Positions 12,501 to 27,500 of a DNA stretch of 64,000 nucleotides are shown piece by piece. Made by a program: the position numbers and the translations under genes. The stretch spans positions 1,016,428 through 1,080,427 of the forward strand of contig NMRA01000081.1 of the NCBI GenBank assembly GCA_002633005.1, in the 5' to 3' direction. The DNA is from Phoronis australis (lineage: Eukaryota > Animalia > Phoronida). How positions within the stretch are numbered: the stretch's first letter is position 1; each line of letters begins with the position of its first letter. The notes below the pieces were generated by a model, which made no database searches, was not told the origin of the DNA, and saw only the letters and a program-made list of their open reading frames with translations.

Positions 12501-15500
12501 GCCGTACACCAGTAGACATCATCGTCATGGTAGTCGAATGAGTACTTGAACGTGGTCGAAGAGTACAGCATGTAACCTCCGATGGTGTGCAGCACCCCCT
12601 TGGGTTTGCCAGTAGAACCACTGAAACACGACGACTCTTGACTAATAAACTGGTATGAATCTAGGCAACTTGTGAATGACAAAACTTTTGAACAATGCTG
12701 TAAATTACAAAGTAACCAAATATAGAAAACATATGGCAATATAAAATTCTAAACTTTTTTTAAAAAGCACAGATCATTGAGATCAGCAGTCTGTTGCATT
12801 AGTGTTACTTTTCATTCATGAGACGATCAGCCCACTGCCTTCAGACCATACAAAATCAACCACGAGAATTAGTACCAATTACGTGGTGTATAACATAAAT
12901 ATAGTGTCCTCAGCTCCCATTAAATGATGTATAACATATACAGAGGGTCCAAAGCTCACATTATCTGTATTGGACTGACAAGTTTTATTGCTGCATTATG
13001 TCAGCTCGCATTACCTGGTGTACAACATAAATAGAGGATCCTCAGCGTCCATCCACTCGGGTTCGCACTCATCACTGACATCATCAGTCATGAGGTCATG
13101 CCACCAGAGGTCACGGCTAGCATCAACACGCGCCTGTAATCACCATGGTGACAGATGGTGAGTAGTAATATGCAAATCCATTATCTAAAATTAACTGACA
13201 GTATCATACACTTCATAGAATTCATAACAATAAATTTATGGGACATTGACACTAAATAAAATCCATTCTTAGTCCCTACGCCACTACAATACAGGAAACA
13301 CTCAGCCGTCATTCAAACTGACCAAACGACAAGGAAGTAAACACCATGGACATCCAAAAGCTTACATGGACATCCAACAACTGAATCATGTCAACCTCCC
13401 TGCCTCCCCCTCCCCCTTCACGTACTTGACAGAACCGCATATCCTGCCCCGAAGTGTCATGCCACAATGCATGATGTTTGTTAAGACCCTTCTACGACTG
13501 AAATTGATTCTGACCTCAAGTGGAATTTCAGGCTGGCAAGAGGGATTTGAGATCTTTTTTGGAATGACTTGTAAGATGAGAATTAAGCTGACATTTGTCT
13601 CCAAAATCCACACACGGAGGGTCCTCATTAATGAATTTTGTGAAAAAAGGATGCACACCACCATGCACAAAACTCGTTGTAACAAACTAAGACAATTGTA
13701 AACTCTGCTCACAGATAATTTACGACATGGTCGCTTGGCTGGTCTCTCCTCACACTCATCGTCACCAGCTGACCCGTTCTCTTCAAACACCATATCATGA
13801 GGTGGACTCAGATGACGTACCACGATGCAGGTCTCCACTGACTGTCCACTGAAAAGGGTGCAGAATATATTGGAGTATGGATAAATACAGTGAACTGAGG
13901 TGATGTTAGTACTACCATGCATGTGCATTTTTGATAGCCCTTTATATGAAAGTGCATCATTTCAAAAAAACGGTGCTTTGGAGAACAGCGCATAAAGCAC
14001 AGTCAGATAATTTCATATGAATCCGACCACCTATCTCTGGGATACGATGTTTCGAAGGTGGCCAAATTTGAACAGCTTTCTAGATCTACATAACCTTAAG
14101 AGTTGTTATTCTTCTTGGAATGATTGTGCAGTCATGTGTTTTGCAACACTATGCTATGTTAAGTTGATGTCCTGCAGGCAGTTGCTGTCACAAGGAAGTC
14201 ATTGGCCACATCCCGAATTCAACTCTCCTCTTTCTTGAGAGTAGAAAAATGCACTGTATGAATTGAGAAAGTTTTTGAAAGGCTATGCTGCTAGATATTT
14301 CTGAGCTGACATAGACAAGAAAAGTATGATACATCATGTCCTACACCCTACTTGTCAATTGTTATCGTACAAAACGGCAAACCATAAAAAGCTGCTGGAT
14401 CCGAGTTATCCAACTAAGATGGCTAAAATTCAAGTTAAACTGAACTTTTTGTATGTTATACGTCAAAAAGAATTGTGATATTTGATCCAGGTAAAAATAT
14501 GTAAGGCCCATTGTCCATGCATTCTCTAACAATAATCACGGATCAGATTTTCCAGGGGACCCCCCAACTAAATTTTTTCAGTTACTTTTAGAGATTGCAA
14601 TGTCACGCTTATTTAGGGAGTTTTATATCCGGATTAAAGATCATGATTTGTTTCAATGGATAAAATATAAAAGATTTCATTTTGGTGCAATTCAAATTTT
14701 AGATATCTTATTCACCACCTTAAACTGCAATTTGAATGATGAATGTCAAAATAATTTTGATGTAAAACAGTGACAAGCACAGCGTAACATACAACTGTGG
14801 GACACTGTCCTACTAAATTGCCCATCAGAGCGAGTGATTGTCAAGGAATCGGGGGAGCTATGGGATGTGACTATTACATAATATATATTACGTGCGTCAG
14901 TGTAGAAGGATTGGTGAATATAAACAACCAGCACCAGGTTTGCCTGTTTCATACTCCAAGATATGACAGTAAACAAGTTACTTACACTTCAGCACAACGC
15001 TCCATGGCTCCATCAGCTATTTCCTTGAGATTGATCAGTTTAGTCCCTCTGTAGACGCCATCTACAGGACATATAACATGTTAACGACATTATCAAATTG
15101 AAACCGAAATACAAGTCACTGGAGTGTTTCCGGATGCTACGTTTTTGCATTATTTTACACAACCTAAATAAAAAGACGCATCGACTAAAGTATATGGTTG
15201 CATCATCTCAGACAGAATTTTTGATCAATTGTTAAAAATAACAACCACCTGCTTTGCTATTTGGTTGTCCTATCATATTATGAATTGATAACAGTATTCC
15301 CCCCATCCCCCCGATGTTAGGTCATTTTGAGAAGCTTGGAAGTGTAAAGAAAACACTGTCACTACACAACATCCAACATCACTCGTGATAACAATCGTGC
15401 AATAAATGAAAATAATAATAAAAACTCAAGACTTTACAAGGGAATATTAACTTTTTGACGGCATTTTTGGCACAATCTACTTCATAAAAATAATAACTTC

Positions 15501-18500
15501 TCAACTTTGAAGAGCACAATCTACTTCATAAAAATAATAACTTCTCAACTTTGAAGAGCGACACAGCAATTAAGCTGTCTGAAAAAGTTGGCTGGTACAG
15601 GTAAGCTGTTCTTACTTCCCTGTTAAGATCACTGGTTTTAGTCACACTCCTGGTACAAAAGTGCCATTTGACTTGTCTGATGAGTCCAGAAACAGACAAT
15701 AACAGTACAATTACAGCGATTCAGCCAGTCAGACACAGGCTTAGCAGTGTATCACTTGCTCACAGTGACACACATCCAGTGTGATCAAACAATTTAGATT
15801 TCGCTTTGACAACATCGACTAAAAAGATTCAAGAGTTCGGAGATTGTAAAATATGCCAAATTGAACAGTCAAAAACTCCTTAAAATGTAGCATTCTGATT
15901 GAAGACAGTGTAAATCGCTGAAACCACTGCACAGTGAGAGGGAAAAGATTATCCATCTTGAACAGTAGTCGAGATTAGAGCTAAGCTAATAGGTGTCTAG
16001 CCAAATGGTGTGATCAGAACAGCTGATTCTTACTCTGATATTATCTTTTAATCATCACTTGATAAGGAGATGAAATAGCTGCCCAGTGACACGTACAATC
16101 ATCTGCTTGAGATGCCAATGGAGAAAGCAAATGAATCGGGTTAAAAACCAAATCAAATCATAGCGAAAACCAACATCTCTGGTACAAGACTACTCAGCTT
16201 CTAACTTACCCCCCGTGATGAGGACCTTGCATTTGGCATCGATAATCCTCTCAGCTAGCGAATCAGCAGAGAATCCCCCAAACTAAACAAAGGAAAAACA
16301 AAAGGAAAAGTCATAAACATGCACTAAAGGTTAAAAATAAGGTTTGCAGCTGCTGTGATTTAGTTTACTGCCATCTGTACGCAAGAATGTTCATGGGCAG
16401 CACACCATGGGGGGCTGGGGGGCTATAGGCCCCCACTTTTTTCAGTGCTGCACCACCCATGGTGTTAGTATGAGTTTTAAGTTGTCTTTTTAGTAGTTGG
16501 TTGACCAAAATTTACAATGTGACAAGTTAACAGTAAACAACAGTACTGGAATTCGACTATTTTTGAAAAGGTGTTCGCTGTGAGCTTGAGACATACAGTC
16601 ACACTTTTCAAAATAAATATTTTAAGTGGCTATAAACCAACCTTAGATCACAAAAATTACTTTTCACTAAGTCCCCTTACTGATGAGAAAGTGGTCTCAA
16701 ATTGCTCTTTTGCGAAATCTGAGGCGACTTCAGGGCTTCAAAACAAGTCCCAGTTGGTCATTGCTTGACCCCAGGTTCTGCAAGTTGACTTGCCATGCGG
16801 GGGGGGGGGGGGGGGGTCACTTTAGGTGCTGAGCAGGGTATCAAGCAATAAGAAACTGTTAATTTTTCCAAACCAACAAACCACTTCTCATCACAGGAAA
16901 AAGTTGAGATCCCATTTCTAGCAGTAAGGGTCTATATCAAAAGTTAGTTTCTTTGACAACACGGATTTATCTACCAAAGTTTCATCTAGGAATTGGCACT
17001 AGTAGCTATAGTATTGCATGTCTACACTCAAATATAACTTAAAAATCCTTCAACTTTGGTAAAAACACAATAAAACCGATCCGACCAAAAGAGGGAAATG
17101 AAAGGGAAACAGGTATAGCTAATACATATCAAAGCTGCATGACAACACATACGGTCAAACGTCGGTACGATAACCTGCCCCCATACTGAAGTTCACTGTG
17201 ACCAAAGTAACTTGCATAGAATACATTTGCCTGGAGAATTATGGAATACTAGGTTATAAGTGAGGAACCTATTAAATACATACTAAACCAAGTAGGACTA
17301 TACTCAACTCAAATAGAAGAACACAACCGTGTATTAGGGAGTGGTAGGAGTGCGGTATGACAACACTGCACAGACAAGTTAAGTTCAAACCTGCCACAAT
17401 CAGTAGTTCAGCGTTAGAGCAGAGGATTCGTTCTGATAGACTGGCGACACTGTAGCCACCAAACTAGAGAAAGAGAGACAGAGTGCGAGAAGATAGAAAC
17501 GGGAGAGATGGGGAGTTGAAAAATGGTGAATTATGAAATGGATGCTTTATAAAGCATGGAATGACCACAAGATTAACACAAACTAATATCGGAAAAGAAT
17601 GTTAAGCATGCAACTACATACTGATTAAACAGTTTTAAATAAGTACAATTACATCACAATTTTAGCCTCGAATGGCAGATACAACCGTGTAATAACCCAT
17701 AAAGTTATCTCACTAGTGAGATAACATTTTGGCAGGAAACCGAGGCTGGATTCGAACCCGGGTCTCAAGAGTTTCGAGTCGCTGACTTTACCACTACACC
17801 ACTCAGTGGCTGACGTCATCGAACGTGAAAATAGAATACTTAAATGAGCATGCGCAACAGTCGCATGTCCAGCAAAGGGCATTGCACCGACATTTATACG
17901 CTATGAAACATAAGACGCATAATTTCCATAAAAACGATATTATAATTCAGTGAAATTTTTCTCTCATGTTCTCTCACTTGTAAATCACCGATCTCCAATT
18001 TGAATGCGGGTATCGTGTAGTCGGGATCCTTTGACTTGAGCATTATAGTCAGTTACTAGTGGTAACCCACTTTAGCAGACGATATTTTCCCCGGTCGAAG
18101 TTTAGCGTGATAAAATGTGTAGTAAGCTATAATAGTTGCTAAACCTTAATTTATATATTCCCTTTATTTCTATTTTATTCAAATTTGCAATTGGTTTTGA
18201 GTATATAAGCATTATTTGACAAAAATAGCTCGGCTTTTCTAAAAGGTCACGACCTCCGACCCCGGGCCTCTGACATAAAAAGTAGTTACAAAGCCGAGGC
18301 GAGTCGAGAAAGGTAGATCGATTCATTGCAATGTTTCTCGTTCAGTATGTGGTATAAATAGATTATTACATGTTCTCAGTCGGGCTCTAGATAAGGGTGA
18401 TAACGACTTCGTCATGTAATAATCTATATTCATGATAATGCTTAAATTCTACTATAGAATACAACAAATTTAAACTTTCAAGCATTTATTAAATAGGAAT

Positions 18501-21500
18501 CAAAAAAATTAACAAGTGAAAGAAAACACACTCAAGAGAAGTTCTTTCACGTACATTCTACTTCCCTGCGAGTACTGTATCTTTGATGGGATCACACCAA
18601 AATGTGTTTCAAATTATCTCAATATTATTGTATATGGCTCATAGCTGACATCAAACCTGCTGTACAACTTTCATCAAATCTGACAATAACCTTTCAAGGG
18701 TTTGTCAGTTAAAAATCATAACCATGCCGACTGATACAACCACTTTCAAAAGCGGTAATTATGGACTTCAATGTTATTGCCATTTTATTCAGTATTTCTA
18801 AAAAATTATTTAGCTCGAGTAAGCTTTATTTCAATCGCAGTGCCCGACTTGACAGCCTACAGGTCACCAATGCGACCTCAGACTGTGTTTGGCGACGTGG
18901 GAAAAATTTCAACTTGCCACGAAGTCGCCACTGCGATTCAAAGTCAGACAATAATTTCCCCTAAATTTGTTTCAAAATTCGTGTTGACTTTCAAACGTTA
19001 AACTACTAACAATTTTCCTAGTTTCATTACCTTTGATTTACAATTGTTCTGTTTATGAAACAATGCATTTGGCAACACAGCAGTCAGCGCTCATCAAATG
19101 TACTTAAATTACAACAGGAAGTAAACAGACAAAATTGTTTGGCAAAAATCGGGCAACATCGGTGAAATGTGCACCACCAGTGCATGCGATCGTCTGCGTT
19201 TTGTGTTCATTCATTGGCATTAAGAATTGAGTTAGATAATGAATGTACATAATTGATGGGGAGAAATTAGAGAGGTGCATATAAGACACTGGGGCACATT
19301 ACGACCGTACAACTTCTTTTTTAGTCAACAAATTTTACGCTGCATTGGCAACCTCAGAATTCATTTAGTGACCTGGGATTTTCAATTTTTGGTGACCTCA
19401 GATTTCATTCGGTGACCTGGGATTTTTGCCAGGTCGCCAGATATAACTTGGCATTAAGCTAAGCTTCGAACGCTGAATCGTATATATTTTAAGATTTAAT
19501 ATAACACGATCAAATTTTATACTGTAATTCTGAGGGGTATTAATAGTGTATCTGCAATAAACTTTATCACACCAGATGCCTATAAACTTGTAAACAAAAC
19601 AACACTAGTGATCCACCACTTTGTGCCACCTGTTTGTATTAGGCAACCAAACACACCTGTGTGTTGAGCAATACTTACCGTAAACGTTCGGGTTAACGCC
19701 CTGGGCGGTTAAATTGGCAAACCCAAAAAATCGGGGGTGGGCGGTTAACCAGACGTGGGCGCTTAAACGTGAAACTTCAAAAAATCCAGGGTGGGCGGTT
19801 AACCGAACATGGGCGCTTATTACGACAGACAAGCGCCCTGGGCGGTTAATCTTACCTCGTGATCTAAGTACCCACACCACACACGTAGTCGTAGGCCTAC
19901 TCGGAACGCGTAGCACTTTTCAAAGAGCGTTATCGTTACGTCGCCACATGACGGGAAAAATGTCATAACAGCGGATGATCCTAACAAAGGTTATCATGCC
20001 CTCAGATTAGTTATTCACTATTAAATTTACAGAATTGCTGAGTAATAGCCCCGTGCCGTCCTGCGGTCTTGTTATTTAGCCCTGTAGTGTAGAGCGCAGA
20101 CGACCAGTAACTATTTCATCTTGCTAAAGTGCGCGCGTGCAAGCTTCATGTGTTGCAGAGGTCACAGCAGACATCAGATTTATGGTTACAGTCTCGTACT
20201 AGCTGCCAAGTTCATAGTCAGAGTGCAGTTTTAAAATTGGTTGTAATAAAAGTTTGAAAACCTTAATTCAGATGTTTTTTTTTGTGTTTGGGATGTTTAT
20301 AGTCAACACTCCGTGACTCAATGACATTTTCAGCGTATGGTTCTGTGGCTTGCTGTTTTATCTCGACTGCCCGGCATTGCTCACTTGCCGTTGCGCCAAA
20401 CATGCTCGGCAAAGAAGTAGGCCCAAGACAAGAATCGGGGTTAAGCGGCCGTGTGCCACTCGTCAATCAAGAATAAAATTTCGAGCCACGGCATAAATAT
20501 GTGATAAAACGCTACAAAACAGCGATGTTTCAATTCATAAACGATCACCTTACCAAACTTCGTGGTGGAAAAACATTTATTTTTCATGCAAGATGTCCAG
20601 ATTATCCTATTTATATCACTTGCAATATTGCACTGCGGCACTGTTCGGTCCCGTTGTTAGCGCGCAATGTCTCAGTCGGCTGACAATCGTGACTTGGAAA
20701 TGCCGTCAAGTAATATAACGGCCTCTTTCAATATGCATCTCGTTTTTTATGGCCAAAGATAGCGGCGGGATTCAGCACGCGCGTAGGGCCTACGTGCGAG
20801 TCACCTGTCAATCACATGTTGGTGTCAAGGTAACATGCACTCCAAAGTGTGGGAACTTGCGCGCGTGCACCACTACAAAGTCACACATCAAAAGAGAATA
20901 GCGACAGTCCTAAGTAACAGAAACGGGCGTGACTATATACTTTTAACCATTGTCTCATTTCTCTGGCCTGATTTTTTCGAATATATGTTTTATCAAGTGC
21001 ACTGCAGACGAAAACTCAGCGCGGCAGACAAAGTCGCTGAAAGCGGAGGTTTTGACGCCGGCGGCGTTCTTAAACTTTGCAATCATGGGAAGAAAATAAA
21101 GTGACAAAAACGTTCAAGTATTATGTTTTGAAGTGAGTCCATGACCCAAGACAATAACTTGTTACTTGTATAATTGCAATTCACATTGCTAAACCACTGC
21201 CTCGGAGGCCCGGCGTCGTTGCGCTCATTGTGATTATCGATCTTTTTCTAAAAGTCGGGGAATCGCGCGTTTCCTTAGCACTGGGCGCTAAATCTTCATT
21301 CTTTAAAAGTCGGGGATGGGCGCTTAACCAAGAGGTGGGCGCTTAAATGGAAATCTTCAAAAATCGCAGGGGGGCGCTTAACCGAGCAGTGGGCGGTTAA
21401 GTCGAAAATCCACCTAAAGTAGGGGGTGGGCGGTTAACTGAGCATGGGCGTTAACCCGAACGTTTACGGTAGTACAATGTAGGTGTACAGCTCAAGTTGG

Positions 21501-24500
21501 TAGTGTTGTTTACTACATAGTGTTATTAAGTAAGTAATGATTCACATGAACTTGAACTGTCTAACATGTTCAACATGAACACATGTCTTGTAATTACGAT
21601 GCAAAATAGAAAGGATGAACTAGATGTGACTGAAGGTCGTTTATTCAAATAGAAATACAATGGCTGTATAAATATTTGTAAAGTTGTGTTCAACATCCAT
21701 TGGGTTTCACTATAGGAATTTAGCTTCGAAGTACAATGTACTTATTGTTATTCACAGTGCAAACAAGGGTTCCAGATTCAATCACTTTCTCTAGCTTTTA
21801 CTTGGTATGTAACAATCACTATAACAGTTTAACCATTCCAAAATTCAAGAAATAGGCATTAATTTTCAGGGCACCTATGATACAAAAACATATTGACATT
21901 CAAGATACTAGCAGATAACAGTCACATGGAAGTACTGAATTCTCAGAAGACCACAAATTGAGAAGAGATGTTAAAGCAGAGGTGTCTACAATGTTACATT
22001 GTTATTGAAAGTCTCAAGGAAATGAAGCAGATGCTAAAGAAAATCAATTTTGTCAGAAATAAAATTAACAAGAAGGACAAGGGAAGCCTGCATCTCTAGT
22101 GCTTAACTATGTTACTGACTGACTTATCTAAGTATCAGTTCCAGTATATGACTTGAGTGAAACTGCACACTTGACAGCACGAAAGTCACCAGACAGGTAT
22201 TACTCTAGCAAAATGGCTATAATGTTGAGAGAAATAAGAAGAGATCTATTTTAAAATAAAAAACTTGAAAACACAAGCTAGTCCTCCAACAAGCTCCAAG
22301 CGCAGCAACCTAATGCATGCCAACATAATAACTTAAGGCTCAAAACAAAATCACAGTTGCGATCAAATTACCTATAACCAGAAGACGATAGTATTATAGA
22401 GCCTGAAGATGACCGAAAGAAAAATTTTCAAAAACAGCCGTAAAAGTGCCTTGATGCTAGCCAACATATCACACAAGAGCCTTCTTTGATACTTATCAAC
22501 ATATCATACAAGTATCTTCACCCTTGCCAACATATCACACAAGCACCTTGATACTTATCAACATATCAACTTGTCAACATATCACGTGTCTTGACACTTG
22601 TCAAGATATCATACAAGTGCCATAATAGATGTCAACATATCATACAAGTGCCTTGATACTTGTCAACGTATCACAAAAACTTGATACTTGCCAAGTCATA
22701 TCACACAAGTACCTTGATACTTATCAACATATCACGTATCTTGATACTTGTCAACATATCACACACCTGCCTTGATATTTGTCAACATAACATCAGTCTT
22801 GTTTAAATGATGTAAAGATGGTTTAACTCCTTTAAAGTTGTTCAAACCTTAGCTTTTTACATTATTTATTTGATTGATTTTGAATAGTGCGAAATTGAAA
22901 GTATTTACAACATTTTAGGAGTTTTCACAAAACTTATGATTTTTTCAAAAAAACATCAGTCACCACAAAGTAAAACTTTGACAAAAGTAGATGGTGTAAA
23001 ACCACGGTATAACGACTCATTTTCTTGTGATTATTGTAACAGTTAGAGAACGCAAAGACACATGGTTTTGGGGATTTTTAGTACCCGTATTAAAGACCAT
23101 GATTCGTTTTAAGGTATCACATTGTTAATAAACTTGAATAAAACCACCTTATTCACCAAACTCAGGTCCAGTAACTTTAAGGCATGAAAAAGCAAAACAA
23201 AAGGTAGTTCTAATAGGTTTCACAAAGCAAAAAGGCCGACTCTGAACATCATCAGAAATGGTATGACCTAATTTTTTGGTCGACGACTTCGTCGTCAGTT
23301 TTGATGACCTCAGATCTTGTTTGGCGACCTGAAACTTTCACCAAATCTGACTTGGCGTCAAGCTAGATGTCAAGACAGGTGTCAAGCTAAGCGTCAAGCA
23401 CTAGGCTTGAGAAGAACTGAGAGGTCATTATAGGTTCTGACCACGCCCACTATGTTGCCAGTCATGGCAGGTAACTTACAATTGCCAAAGTAACTACTAC
23501 AAGGGAATTCCAGGCGATTTGTAGTAACCAATTTCAATTAAAACAAATTAAAAAACGGCCGAGGGTTTTGAACTCCAGATCATTGTCTTATAGCAACTTT
23601 AGTGTTAGGCATGGTGCACACGTGATTGTACGCAAGTGTGTTAGAGCACACCTGTGCTGATTTCTCGGCAATAGTCTGATATAACATGCCCATATTTTGA
23701 GAACCAGTTTGATGTCCGTTATTCAGAGGAGAAAACTGGTTCTCAACAATTGGGCACATTATACCAAACCATTACCGATTTCTCATTCACTACAAGCACA
23801 CGATGCTGTTAACTGCAGGTCTTCTCCCAGTCTTCAAACTAAACGAAAGTCCATTTACTTACCACAATGGAATGTATGGCTCCAATCCTAGCACAAGCCA
23901 ACATTGCAATGACCAGTTCTAAAATCATCGGCATGTAAATGGCAACCCTGTCTCCCTTAACAACACCTGAAAATAAGCGCAAATCACAGGTATGATCGCA
24001 CATGAAGTAATAGAAAGTACTCATGAAAACAGGTTTAAACTAAGGAGCGGGTTTATGTTAAAAAATTTTTCCCAAAATTCATGGGCCATAATATTACATA
24101 GTTTCTTTAAATGGGCATTGCCAGAAAAAGACAACTTTAGATGCGAAAGGGTTAGTGATCTATGAATGTATTGCTGTGTTTGACAGTTAACTTTTCACCC
24201 AGGGCCCGGTTGAATTAAACAGTCCCAAATAGGGACTCAAGTAAAGTCCCTAAATCTATGCTGTATTTGTGGGCCTGTAAAAACACTGGTTGGCCTGTCT
24301 TATGCTGTTTGAGCTACATTACTAAGTCAAGTTTTGGCTGTGATACAAAACAAGAGTGAACTCTACACTGTATTCTCAATATTATCGAAAATGAGTACGG
24401 ATTTTTTCATGCAACACCCCTTATTGTTTTGACTGAACTAAGGGCTCACTTTTTAGTTATCTTATTAGAAAATGCCATTGGTCAAAGAAGAGCTTATAAT

Positions 24501-27500
24501 GAAGATAAATATGATAGAAAAAGTATTGCATCTGTGTCTAAAGAACGAAACAAATACGAAGATTTAGGGAACTTAATTGAGTTCCTATTTGGGACTGTTT
24601 CGTGCAACCGGCCACAGAGGGCACTGTGTACTCTGCTCGGGCAACAGTTTCAATGTAACGTCACAAGGAACACATAGAAAAGAGTCTGTTGTATGCTGTA
24701 GTACACTTGAACAGGACTTGCTCCACATGTGCTGCACTTAGGTGCTGTGTTTGGGTAACCACGGTGGTCATATCGCAATCAGTCAACAGAAAGAGCCCAT
24801 CTTATTTTGGTAATCATAATTATGTTTTTGTATCAGACTAAGACATAAATAACCCTGGCAGCCACTACATTGATTTCCCCTTTAAGTGTAGTAGTTCCCA
24901 GTCTTATAAACGTAAATTAATCAGTAATAAATGAGACACCTTGACAGTCTATATATTAACACCACCTGTGTACTCTCACTCAGTCTGAATGGGGGCACAG
25001 TAATGTTATAAAAGAAACTGTGCCATCATATAATGTTAGTGCTGTATCTACTACCTGTTCTATAATATTTGCTATAATACAAATGAATGCTAAATCTATT
25101 TACTGTTCTCTAAAATAATGTTATTAAAACAGTGTTTCAAGTCAACTAGTAATGCTAATCTCTTTAACTGTGTGTTCATAATTTATTAAAATAAGGTATG
25201 AAAATTGCATATTCACTACTTATTCACCCATTCGCATGGGGTGTCTCATGTTGTAAACACGACGTGAAAGGGGTGGCCTGGATGAGTGTCGTGTGGCGAA
25301 GACTCCTATGCTCAAAAAATGTTTTACCAATAATGGGGTAAAGTACTCTGATTTGTAACAGCCTAAAGTAATTACTGTTAATTGGATCATGCTGGCAACC
25401 TGTAGGCCACATTTCATTAAATTAACACATGGACAGTTGGCAATGCTTGGTTAAATTAATTTCACCACTCATCAATGATGAATTTTATTTGGACTACCCG
25501 GAAATACATTAAATTTATTTTGTACAAAATAAATGGAGAAATTCTGTACTTAAATTGATCAGTCTTAAAATTGACAGAACATAGCAGTCTGTGGGCGAAT
25601 GGAAAATTGCATCACTTACTCTCCACTTATTTCACACAAAATAAATTAAATATTACTTTCCTGATAGTCAAGGTGTGCCAAATAAACTGAATATACAGTC
25701 TTTGTAGTAACCAAACATCGCCAACTGCCCACGTGTGAATTTTACAAATGTGGCCAAGGGATTGCCAACATGATCCAACCAACAATAGAGTTACTTTATC
25801 CCCCTCCATTATAAGAATACTTTACCCCATCATTGGTGAAATACCCATTTGAGTGACACAACACTCATCCAGGTCACCCCTACACTGTACAAGCACATAT
25901 GTCAACAACAGCATGAGATATCCCACATAAATGGATGACTTAAGGAAGAAGGCAACCATTTTCAATATCATTTTTGATTAAAATAAGATTTTCTGGTTAC
26001 CCTAGATAAGTTTTTCAAATCAATTAAATTCCCCAAAGCTCTAATTAATTATGCATGCGTAACCCCGCCAGCTTTTTGTGGGAGGATTTATTGTGGACAT
26101 CTGATGATTGCATACAGTACTGTTTTTCAAAATAATTATTTGCTTAGTAGAACTCAGTTATTAGGAATTTAGCTATTGTTTGGTCAGCATGGGATGGGAT
26201 TTAGCTGAAGTTGGTGACGTATATGGTGAAGCAGTGCTGCGGCAACTGTTCACACATACGAGTGACACTACAGTGACTGTTCACATGAATGGGTGACATG
26301 AATGACTGTTCACACACAAACACACACGCACGCCCGCACGGGTGGCACGAATGACTGTTCACACACATGGGTGACACAACAGTGAGTGCTCACATGCACG
26401 GGTGGCAGAAAATTCGTGGCCTTGTTGAATCACTACAGTGGCTGCAGTTCGCGAAGCTGCGCGTTTCAAAAAAGCTCGCCTAACAGGTGACGACGGAGCA
26501 GAGAAGGGAAATATCTACGGTGAAGCAGCCTTTAGTTCAGAGAATGTTTAGCAGATATCTCCTTCATGATGACCTCTGAAGTGTACCATGTCTCCTTTGA
26601 TGCACACACGGTAGTTTACCCTCCTTGGCATGAATGGGGAATGCTCTACATTCTTGACGTGAATGAGCTTGCTGCGAGGAATCTTCACTGGTAATCAGTA
26701 ACATGACAAAACTCCTATACTATTCAAGAGTTTATGATGCTTGAATTCCAGTACGCAACAACTACTACACATACTGAGAATGACTCTTAAGCTGCTTTTG
26801 CATTAGAGTTAGTCTGGACTAGTTTGCCATCGGAACATATTTTAGATCAGTGTGATAACCTACCTTACTAAATTGTCATCTTTCTCAATAGGCTGAACCA
26901 CACCCCCATCCTAACTTTAAAGCTTCGTAGTACTAAACACAAGATGTCGCTACGCTGTACCGCAATACGAATCTGACAACCAAATGCCACTTCTATTCTT
27001 GTTTTGAGACATGTTTAACTTTAAAATTGTACAGTGAACAGTGAGTTGGCAGAAATAGCAACAACATCAAAAGCAAAATGGCAGGAAGAACTCTGCACTC
27101 GCGTGATGTGGGGAGCTAAGTTAGTACAGTCAAGCAAAATAGTCCAGACCAAACCTTTCGCATTGCGCTTAGTACGTAGTCAGACCAACTTTCATACGCT
27201 CTGCCCTCTAGAATTGTTAGAAGCTGATGTACACAATGATGCATCTGATTTTAAACGGAGTCCGAAGTGCATTTAAACAACGACGGCAGGAATGATTTGG
27301 GGCACAAACGTCACTACTGGAGCGACACATGCATTGTTAATTAGAGCGCGGGGAAATTTAATTTACTCGAACATTTATCAAGGATAACTAGAAAATTGTT
27401 ATTTAACTAAAAATGACACTAAAAACGATTGCCTTCCGCTTAAAATGGTGAATATACGATGAAAACTTAAGATAAAGAGAGGTGTATATTACAAGAATTA

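Noticed and set aside
17738-17810. Functional tRNA-Ser(CGA) gene
   Set aside because: Anticodon and T stems do not pair and there is no long variable arm. It is kept only as a tRNA-like relic.
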